Positions 23,052-32,705 of a stretch of DNA of 36,384 nt are shown one piece after another (within the stretch, counting starts at the first letter, position 1; each line of letters starts with the position of its first letter). The stretch comes from Fonticula alba ATCC 38817 (lineage: Eukaryota > Protista > Nucleariida). Position numbers and translations under genes: made by a program. The notes below the pieces were generated by a model, which was not told the origin of the DNA, made no database searches, and was given only the letters and a program-made list of their open reading frames with translations. The stretch lies in the NCBI GenBank assembly GCA_000388065.2, contig KB932202.1; one strand, 5' to 3'.

Positions 23052-23168
23052 GGGGCCCTTCCCCACGACGGGCCAATACACCAAGCATGTATGTCGAGAA
23101 TCGCCGCACGGAAGGCCCCTGTGCAGCAGGGGAGTGTGACCGGGCCTCCGGCGGGGGCGGGACCAGCC

Positions 23169-24289
23169 TTATTCCGGCTCCGGGCGGTCCGTCGCCAGGG
23201 AAATTTCAAACAGCCGCAGATCCTCGAAGAGCCCGGGCGTCAAGTCCTCCGCGGCGCTGGAGGGCACGCATGCGCCCGAGCAGGGGCCCCCCGGGCAGGC
23301 TACCTCCCGGAGGGTGCCCAGATCGGCCGGCGGCAGGGGGACCTCCCGGCCGACCAGCCCCCAGAAGGCCAATGTCTCGGCCAGGGACCGGTAGGGGGAC
23401 CGGTTTTCATAGGCCATCAGGGCCAGGGGGTGGCAATCCCGGCCCCGGGCCTGGGCCTCATGCAGTAGCAGGGCCAGTGTCTGCACAAAGGGCACGAACA
23501 CTGGAGCCCGACCCCGGGCGGGGGGGAGGCGGGGGGGGGGGGGCACAGGAAACGGGCACGATCGCCAAACCAGTCAGAGCAAGCGTGTGGGCGGGCAGGC
23601 GCCCGGGCGAGTCGGCGGGCGTGCACGCATGGCGCGAAGGGTCAGAGCGAGGCCGAGAGGGGCGCAGGCCAAAGCCAGCAGCAACAACAGCATCCGACAA
23701 GGGGCCCGGCGGCACCGGGGCCGAGGACACGGCCGCACGCACTGTCAGGCTGGAAAACGCAGTCGGCCGCCAGCAGCAGGTCCGGGAAGGGGCTGCCCAG
23801 GCGGGCGACCATGGCCGGCGCATCGGCCGCGGCCCAGTCCAATGGGAGGACCTCGACACCGCCCGTGGCCGGCCTGGCCCGCGGGTTGAGGCGCACGCTG
23901 CGCTCGGCCGACTGGACACCCCCCTGGGGGAGGTCGGTCAGGACAACCCGCCGAGCACCGAGCAGAGCGGCCGTCAGCCCGGCCACCCCGGTCCCGGCGC
24001 CGAGCTCCAGCACGCTGTGCCCGGCGACCATGGCCGGCTGGTGGCGCAGGTGCAGGGCCAGCAGCAGCGACGAGCGCCACAGGGTGGTGGCGAATGGCGG
24101 CACGGCTCCCCGGCCTCGGCGGCAGGCCACGCTCAGGCAGGCCGCCGGCGCGGTGACGCCCGAGCCGAAAAGCAAGTGCACCACGTCCAGCGTGCCATCG
24201 GGGTGGCCGGGCTCTTCCGAGTGGCCGAGCGCCCCAGGGTGAGGGGCGCTGTCAGTGGCGGCGGCGGCGGCGGCGGCGGCGAGGGGCAT
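23169..24289 (-). CDS. Class I SAM-dependent protein-lysine methyltransferase, Methyltransf_16 (METTL21/EEF1AKMT-like) family, 292 aa. Exons 24289-23743 and 23500-23169
   Basis: Motifs TTLWRSSLLLA, VLELGAGTGVAGL, VVLTDL, LDW, LLLAADCVF and MAYENR. GTGCGT donor at 23742, CCAG acceptor at 23501, phase 1. Stop TAA at 23169-23171. An alternative in-frame ATG lies at 24358. The substrate cannot be assigned. Confidence 0.88.
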
Positions 24290-24940
24290 GGTAGGTGCGA
24301 GGGGCGGGGGACGGGGGGCGGGGGACGGGGGACGGGGGCGGGGGGGGGGGGGGGGCATTCCGGCGGTGCCAATCGTGCGCGATCCGGCGGCACTTCTTGA
24401 GTTTAAGACAATCCTAAAGCAATGCTGGGCATGTCACGTTCCACGGCGGAATGCAATTCCGGAGGGGTGATACACACGCCCGGCGAGCCGCTCGTCCCCC
24501 CGCCGCCGCGCGCAGTGCGGGGAGCCCTGTGCACGGGCGAGGGGCCTCGCACAAGGCCGCAGGGGGGGGGGGGGGGGGAAGGACACGCCCGCCCCGGGCC
24601 GGCAGGGCCGAGGGACATGGGGCCGGCCTGTGCCCTCCGGTCGGCCGGGCCGCGGGCCGGGACGAGGGAGCAAGCGCGCCGGTCCACCAACCCCCGAGCG
24701 ACAGAGGGAGAGAGAGAGAGAGAAAGAGAGGAAGAAAGAGCCCGCACGGTGTCTGTCTAGGCGTCTATTCCCGCGCGACCGGCGGGCCCTCGGCACCCCA
24801 CCGGGCCGGGCACCCGGCCCGGCGCATCTCTCGCGCCATGGCTGCGGACGGGCGCGAATCCCGCGGGAGGGCCGGGCGGGAGGACGCCCACGAAGGGTGT
24901 AACAGACGGACGCACACACACGCACCCACACACACACACC

Positions 24941-24974
24941 CACGCATATGTGTGCGCGCGCGCGCGCGCGTGTG
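24941..24974. repeat. 34-nt perfect purine/pyrimidine alternation with a (CG)n core (Z-DNA-prone) in a divergent promoter
   Basis: Sequence CACGCATATGTGTGCGCGCGCGCGCGCGCGTGTG, read directly. Confidence 0.8.
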
Positions 24975-25474
24975 ACCGTGCGCGCACCCACCTCTCCAGG
25001 CCGCCTTGGAGATGGGCCTCCCCCTGCTGCGCCCCTCCCTTGCTCTCTCTCTCTCTCTCTCCCTCTCTCCCTCGCTCTCTCTCTAGCGAGGGTGCCTCCC
25101 CGCGCCGGCGGCCGGCGACCGGACGGCTCCGGCACCGCAAAAGGCCACCAGATCGCTGCCGCCCCGACCGCCTGCCCATCGGCAGTCAACATCCCCCCCT
25201 CCCCCTCCCCCCNNNNNNNNNNNNNNNNNNNNNNNNNNNNNNNNNNNNNNNNNNNNNNNNNNNNNNNNNNNNNNNNNNNNNNNNNNNNNNNNNNNNNNNN
25301 NNNNNNNNNNNNNNNNNNNNNNCGCCGCCCATCGTCGTTCCCCTGTCCGCGCAGCGACCGTTGCTCTGCCCCTCCCCCCTCCCCGCCGCCCTTCCCTGGC
25401 CCCTCCTCTTGCCGCGCTCGCGCCCCTGACAGAGAGCCCGCTTCCGGCGCCTCTGTGCCTGAACCGCCTCGGCC

Positions 25475-26039
25475 ATGGTACGCTCACGCCATCCTTCGGG
25501 CCCCCCGCGCCCCGTCCCTCCGTGTGGCCTCCTGCGCCGAGGGGCCGGGCCCCGGGAAGGCATCTGCTCGCGCTTTTTCCGCCGCTTCGCCCGGTCGCCC
25601 GCTAACCCGGTGGGCTCCGCCTCGCATGCGCCTCCGCCTCCACCGCCGCCCCCGAACAGTCACGCATCTTTGCCCAGGTGGCCGTCCAGGCCGTCACCAT
25701 CGCGCTCAAGGGCTTCGTCCATGCCTACCGGAATGCCACCATGAGTGCGTGCCGCCGCCCTGTCCGGCCCCTTTCCCTGCGCCCCCTCGCTCCGCTGCTC
25801 ACCACCATGCCTGCCCCATGCGACTCGCAGCCGGTGGTGCTGCCGCCGCCGCCGCCGCGTCGGCCGCTTCCTCCCGGCTGGAACGAAACCCCGAGGAGTC
25901 CTTCTTCGCCCCGGGCAGGATGCCCATCGCCCAGGCATACCAGGTCCTTGGGATCAATGCGTCCATCCCGATCGAGGAGTTCCGTCAAGTGCGTTCCCAC
26001 CGGCCGCGCCCTCGGCCAGGGCCCCTCTCCCTGCCTGCC

Positions 26040-26086
<47 letters not shown>

Positions 26087-29000
26087 CCGCCGGTGCTCGT
26101 CCACTAATCACAGCTCCCTGCCTCTGGCGCATGGTCGCGCGCGCGCACACACACACACACACACACAGAGATACACGGAGCTCTACATCGCCAACTCCCC
26201 GGCCCTCGGCGGGAGTCCCTTCATGCACCGGATGATCCAGGAGGCCAAGGATCGCGTGGAGCTGGAGTGGGAATTCCGCATGGACCCGCGCCACGACTTC
26301 TGCCCGATCCCCGCGCCGGAGGTCTACGGCAGCGATGACGAAGACAACGAGGAGGGCATCAGCGACTTCGAGAGCGACGTCGAGGAGTACGACCCCAACT
26401 TCAAGGTGGCCCCGGATCCGAATGATCCGGAGAGCGCCGCGGAGGCTGGCGCGGCCGGGGCCGGCGCCGGCGCCGCCGCTGCTGCTGGCACCGCTGCCGG
26501 CGCCGCCGCCGCCACCGCCGCCGGCACCGCTCGCGACGAGAAGAAGCCCGGCTCCGAGGACTCGAAGACGGCCGGCCCCGACGCCGAGGCCGAGGCCGAG
26601 GCCCAGAAGCGCTTCGACCAGAAGAAGAAGAAGAAGAAGAGCCGCATCGGGTTTGACCTGCCCAACTTCATGGAAAACCGGACCGGCTACGTGCAGCAGG
26701 GCATGGACACCATGCACAAGTCCTTCGACCGGATGGTCCCCCACAAGGAGGCCCCCCTGGACCTGACCCTGCCATGGGTGCACCTGACCCCGGAGTATGA
26801 GGAGCTGCGGCAGCGGCGCGCCGAGGCCCGGGAGGACCTGGCGCCGATGTCGCGCTTCCAGCCGGAGGGCGGCCTGGACAGTGTGGAGGAGCCCTCGGTC
26901 ACGGCGGAGCTCCTGGTCAATGAGCTGTCCTGCGACAAGCTGGCCACCGACATGGGCATCGACCTGGAGAACCCGGAGCAGTCGCCGGTGCTGGTGGCCC
27001 GGCTGCGCCAGAGCATGGATCTCTTTGTGCCGGAGGACCAGCTCGATGACACGCCCATCGATGAGGCGCTGCTGGATTCGCCGGAGTTCCTGCACGCCGC
27101 CGCCCAGGCCGACTTGACCCCCCTGCTGGATCTCCTGTCGGAGGAGGAGCGCCAGGCCATGGCCGGCAAGTCCCCGGTCGAGATGCTGCGGGCCTTCCTG
27201 GCGGATCCGGCCGTGCGGGCCGGCCTGCTCGGGACGAGCACCGACGACGCGACCGCCGCCGCCGTGGCCGCCGTGGCCGCTTCCGCCGCCGCCGCCGCCA
27301 CCGCCGCCACCCCCTCCAAGGATGCCCCGGCCACGGACGCCGGCAAGCCGGGCCCCGAGCCGGGCCCCGGGCAGGATATGCAAAAGTCCGGCGCTGGCCG
27401 CCGCCGGCGCATGGGCTCCGCCTCCAGCACCCCCAAGCGCCAGGCCACGAAGCTGATGGAGCCGAGCGAGGTGCTGGCCGAGACCGACCGGTACTTCGAG
27501 TCCCTCGACCGGCTCCGGGCCAAGACCCAGGTCGAGCGGTCCGAGGCCACCAAGCAGGCCTTCCGCGAGGCGGCCGCCTCGAAGCTGGACGGCTTCGATG
27601 TGGTGTCGGCCACGGCGGCCGAGCGTGACGACGCGCCGGCCAGCCGGACCGGCCGCGGTGCCAGCTTCCGCCGGCAGGAGGTCCTGGCCCGGAAGCTGGT
27701 GGCCACCTTTGAGGAGCATGGCCTGCGGCGGATTTCCCTCAACGGAGCGTATGTCCTGGCGCAGGCGTGCGAAATGTACTACCGGCAGAAGCACGGCTCC
27801 CGCCGGGGCATGCTCGGCGCCCGGGGCCAAAAGCACACCTCCATGCCGCTGGCCTTCATGCCGCCCGGCATGGAAGCCCTGCCGGGGCTGGTGGCCAATC
27901 TCCTGACCGACGAGCATGTGACCATGTTCGGGACCTCCTTCAACATGGGCACCCTCGGGCAGGACGATCGCAACATCACGCAGGGGGTCTTCCGGCCGCG
28001 CGAGGTGGACTACCTGTCCAGGAGCACGGACATCGCCAATTGGCAGCCCTGCCGCTACCCGGGCGAGGACACCGAGTATGCGGTCATGACGTTGCACTAT
28101 GTGCGCGAGTATTTGTCCCTGGTGAAGCCGTACCTGGACCTGGCGGCTCGGCCGCCGGCCAGCGAGGACCAGCTCCACCGGATCCTGCACGAGCTGGAGC
28201 TCCTGCAGCTGCGCATGATCAACCGCTACCAGACCAGCCCGTCGATGATCGGGCCGCTGACCCCGGGCCAGGCCAAGTCCCTGGGGCGTTTGGTGGACCA
28301 GCTGCCGGAGCTGCTGGGCATGCATCCTCGTGGCCTGACCGTGCTCAAGTCGCTGAATTTGGCTCCCCGGGCGCCGATCGGCCTGTCCATGCGCATCCTC
28401 CGGGCCTACATGCGCACGGTCAACCGCTACCAGCGGATGTTCGCCAATGCGGAGTTCATGCCGCTCATCTTCTCGCACATCCCCCCGAAGGACCTGGAAT
28501 CGGCCATGCGTGCCCTGGCCCGGACCCACCATTGGGTGTACCCGGAGGACACGCCCCTGTCCGTCGGCCTGATGCGGCACATTGCCGAGCAGTGCGATGA
28601 GCTGGTCGAGAAGGCCCCGCGCCCCTTCGAGTATGGCCCGTCGGAGGAGAGCCTGGCGGAAATGTTCCCGCCCGATGTGGACCGCATGATGTTCGAGTTC
28701 ATCCGGCCGCTCGAGTGGCGTGGGGAGTTCACGCGTACCGACTCGCTGCGGCTCCACAGCCGGGCCCTGTGTCGGGTGGACTTCGAGCAGGTGGAGGCCC
28801 TGGTCGACCAGCTGGCCCTGCTGAGCTCGCACCTGGCCGTCGAGCCGCCGGCCGATCAGTATGTGGAGCGTGTCATTTCCCGCTTCGAGGCCATGGCGGC
28901 CGATGCCCGCGGCGGGGACTTCGCCTGGAAGGTTCGCCTGGATGAGGAGGGCCTCCCGGAGGACCCGGAGTGGGAGGCCCTGCTGGGTGACGATGAGATC

Positions 29001-29177
29001 CTCAAGGTGCCGATCTTCGACGACCTGCCCATCCTCACGGAGGAGGACCTCTTCGAGTCGGAGCCCTTCCAGTCCGGCGAGGAGCTCACCCCGGAGGAGA
29101 TCCGCGACATGCCGGAGGCCTTCCGCCCGAAGCCCAAGCCCAAGAAGGCCGAGGACGGGGCCATCTTCATGTTCTAA
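25475..29177 (+). CDS. PAM16: Pam16/Tim16 (MAGMAS)-like J-like N-terminal domain fused to a ~950-aa uncharacterised extension, 1084 aa. Exons 25475-25477 (ATG only), 25660-25744, 25831-25988, 26169-29177
   Basis: The spliced N-terminus M|SRIFAQVAVQAVTIALKGFVHAYRNA matches Pam16 N-termini (cf. MAHRAFIQVIITGTQVFGKAFAEAYRQA). It is followed by GRMPIAQAYQVLGINASIPIEEFRQ|RYTELYIANSPALGGSPFMHRMIQEAKDRVELEW, a J-like fold with no HPD motif. The frame then stays open for 3009 nt to TAA at 29175-29177, with no gap. Donors are GTACGC at 25478 and GTGCGT at 25745 and 25989. The symbol refers to the N-terminal domain only. Confidence 0.8.
26043..26085 (+). repeat. Poly-C homopolymer (43 nt) in an intron of the Pam16-like gene
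   Basis: Read directly. It is the longest of many C/G runs in the window. Homopolymer length may be inaccurate in the assembly. Confidence 0.8.
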
Positions 29178-29909
29178 AGGGGGTGCGTGCTGCTGGGCGA
29201 TGATGCTGCCGTGCGCGCGTGCGTGCGTGCGTGCGTGCGTCTGGCCATGTCGCCCGACGAAGCCCGGAAGGAGAACGACAGAGAGAGAGAGAAAGGGGCG
29301 GGGGGGGGGCAAGATCCAACGACCGGCAGACCCCCGGGAGAAGAGCGACCAAAGGTCCGGCACATCGAGAGACAGGGGGAGAGAGAGAGAGAGAGCCAGC
29401 CCCGGGGAGTGGCCGTCGTATTTGTGCCGACACACGAGGCAGATGTTGCTGCATCGGGCGAAGGGGGCCATCCCCTGTTCTGCTCTCTGTCTTTCCCTCT
29501 TCCTGCCCCCGGGCTCTCTGTGTGTTTCTCCTGCCCTGGCTCTGGTCGCGCGTCCTGCGCGCGAAATACCCGCACGCCGCCCTTGGCCCGCCCTCCTCGC
29601 CCCCCTGTGTCCTTGCCACCATTTCTCCCACTCCCCGGCCGGGGCGGGGTCGTGTGCGGCGCCGTGGCCCTTTTTTGCTCTCCCCCCCCCCCCTCTCTCT
29701 CTCTCTCTCTCTGTCCCGCCTCGTCCAACTCCCTACTCTTTTCTTTCTCTCTTTCCTTCTCCCTCTGTTTGTTTGCTTCGGTGGGGCGTTCCCCTTAGAC
29801 ATACGCCCTCCTCGCGGCTCCTCCTCCGTGGGAGGGCGTGTACGCCCCCACCTCGCCTCCCCCCCCCACCCCCCCCCCTCCTCACCTCCATACACACTCG
29901 CCGACCCCT

Positions 29910-29950
29910 TGCGCGCGCGCGCGCGCGCGCGTGTGTGTGCGTGTGTGTGT
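29910..29950. repeat. 41-nt (CG)n/(TG)n alternating tract (Z-DNA-prone) between convergent genes
   Basis: T(GC)10 GTGTGTGTGC GTGTGTGTGT, read directly. Confidence 0.85.
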
Positions 29951-30154
29951 CCGGCGACAATACACTTCCTCTATTTTTCATTGGCATGCCTCGGGGCCAG
30001 GGCGGGCACAGGTGTGGGCATGGGACTGGCCGGAGCACAGGGCGGGCAGCTCGGCCGGCAAGCTTGACCCCGCTGGCAGGAGGCCCCTGGCCCGAGGAGC
30101 GGAGGCAACAGGCGGCAAGTGGGACAGAGGGGGAGGCGCGGGGGGGGGGGGGGC

Positions 30155-31302
30155 CTATACCGGCAGCACTGACCGACCAACGGATGCGGCCCCCTTGAGC
30201 GCACCCATGAAGAACCCCAGTCCCACTCGGTAGACCAGCCAGCCCAGCAGGAGGATTTGCCCAACAAACAGCGGGAACACCAGGAGCACCGACTGCCGGG
30301 TCAGGCAGAAGACCACCGTCAGCAGGGTGATCGCCAGGTAGGCGATGCCCAGCGCGGCACCTGGCAACCGGATCCCTGGCCCGCTGCTGGTGCTGCCGCC
30401 GCCGCCGCCGCCGCCGCCGCTACTGGACAGTGCGGCCACAAGGGCCGACAGGGCCCCCCCGGCATATAGTGCACCGAGGAAGAGGAGGGACGCAGCGCTG
30501 AAAGCCAGCGCCGGTTTGGCCGGGCGCAGGATGAACATAGCCGGCAGCGAGAAGAGTGCCTTGAGTGGCGTGAGGGCGCGGCGGGGGGCGACGACAACGA
30601 CGGCAGCAGAGACCGAAAGGGAGGGGGGGGGGGGGGGGGGCGGGCGGGAAAGCGCCAGTGTTAGCCCACCCGTCACATGCGCGTGTGCATTACACGTGGA
30701 TGCGAGGGGAAGATCCCCAGCCACAGAGAGGCGCACACATGGGTTAACAAACCCACAGGAGTACACTGACGCACACACGCACATGTGAGCGCATCAACAT
30801 ACACACACACACACACAGACAGACAGGCAGACAGACAGGCAAGAACAGGCAAGGACAGAGACAACCATGCGCGCGTGGCCACACGCACCGTCACAAACAG
30901 GGCCGCCGATGACAGGAGCAATGCCGACATCAAGACCACCGAGTCGAACTTTCGCCGGCCAGATTGGTAAATGCGCCCGAAGAAGGAGTCCCCCGCCTCG
31001 GGAGCGGAGCCAGCACCGGGACCGGCAGCCGGCGTCGGGACCAGATGCTGCGGGAGGAGGGCCTGCTGCAGGCCGGACAGCATTGATCGGCTGCCACCGG
31101 GCAGCAGGGGATTCACGCGGGCCGTGGACGGCCCCGGGCCCGACCCGGGCCCCGAGCCAGATCCCGGTGCCCCCGCCGGCCGGGGACCATGGGGATCCCC
31201 CCCGGTCAGGGCGGATAGCTGCTCCGACAGCGAAAGACCGGAGACCGGGGCCCCCGACCCGGGCCCCGGCTCGCCGAAGAGGCGCGGCAGAGAGAAGGAC
31301 AT
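30155..31302 (-). CDS. SFT2: Got1/Sft2-family 4-TM vesicle transport protein (Sft2/SFT2D3-like), 272 aa. Exons 31302-30889 and 30559-30155
   Basis: A cytosolic N-terminus followed by four hydrophobic segments. FSLPAMFILRPAKPALAFSAASLLFL resembles the Sft2 pattern P.L..KPRKF.LLWT.GSLLF. There is an RLP motif and a C-terminal RSVLPV*. GTGCGT donor at 30888, CTAAC branch at ~30662, and the first AG downstream of the branch is at 30560 (phase 0). Confidence 0.78.
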
Positions 31303-32705
31303 GTGTGCCCGCCAGCCGAGGAGGAGGGGGAGAAAAGGGGAAAGGCGGGAGAAGGCGGCGAAAGGGAGGAGAAAAGAGTGGGGGTGACCAGGCGGGGGGG
31401 GNNNNNNNNNNNNNNNNNNNNNNNNNNNNNNNNNNNNNNNNNNNNNNNNNNNNNNNNNNNNNNNNNNNNNNNNNNNNNNNNNNNNNNNNNNNNNNNNNNN
31501 NNNNNNNNNNNNNNNNNNNNNNNNNNNNNNNNNNNNNNNNNNNNNNNNNNNNNNNNNNNNNNNNNNNNNNNNNNNNNNNNNNNNNNNNNNNNNNNNNNNN
31601 NNNNNNNNNNNNNNNNNNNNNNNNNNNNNNNNNNNNNNNNNNNNNNNNNNNNNNNNNNNNNNNNNNNNNNNNNNNNNNNNNNNNNNNNNNNNNNNNNNNN
31701 NNNNNNNNNNNNNNNNNNNNNNNNNNNNNNNNNNNNNNNNNNGGAGGGCCAGGAGGTTGCCGGAGAAAAGAGGGCCGGGGGGGGGGGAGGGGGACAATCG
31801 GGGGTGTACACGGCCAACCAGAGGCAAGCCCGGCCGTGGGCGGGGAAAAACCCGCCCGCCGGGTGCGCGATCTGCGCCGCCCACACCCCGCACAGGCGCC
31901 TCGCCCTAGCTACGAGTGTGCCCCTGGCGCTTAGCCGCGTCCGCACGGCCAAGATCGCGACTGGGCCCGCCGTGTGGGCCCGCTGCCCCGCAGTCCCTGC
32001 CCCGGCGGCGGCGGCGGCCAGTTGACATGTCACTGCACATGTGCCAACGAAAGGGTGCGATCGCCCGGGCTCCCGCGCTCGGCCGTGCCTTTTCCCCGGC
32101 CCGGGCCTGCCCCGCGCGTGGGCTCTGCGCTGCCAGGCACTTTCCTCCAGGGTCACTGGCCGTAAGCGTGTGCATGTGCATGTGTGTGCGGGGGGGAATA
32201 TGCCCGTGGCGAGCCTCAGTCCCGCATGCCCGCACGATGGACGCGGATGAATCAAAGGCCGAGGGGGATGCAAAGGCTGTGTATTGTTTTTTTGGGGGGG
32301 GGGGGGGCGCTTTTCTGGGCAGCACACACGGGGAGAGAAGGAGGCAACAAGATGGAGTGGCTGCTCTCCTCGGGGTGGGTGGCTGCCAGAGGGGCGGGGA
32401 AGATGGGCAACACGCCACAAATGCCTAGGGCAGGCGGGGGGAGGGATGGAGGGGATATGCCGAGGTGCATACCTCAGGTCCCCCTCTGGCGGGGAAGCGG
32501 GAAGAGGGAGGAGGCAGGGGAAACTGTGTGGGAGAAGGCGAAAGGGGGAGGCATCAGATACAAGGACGGTGAGGGGGCCGCCGAACCAGTGGGGAGGGAG
32601 GGGCGTCGATCGGGGGAAAGGGGGGGGAGGAGGGGAAGAAGGGAGAAGCAGCGGCGCCAGAACCAGGGATAGAGGGAAGGGACAAGGGCCAGTGGCGGGG
32701 CGCAA

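Noticed and set aside
31743-32705. Possible hidden gene between SFT2 and PAK
   Set aside because: No ORF with coding-like composition or motifs. The G/A skew fits the PAK 3' UTR and the SFT2 upstream region.
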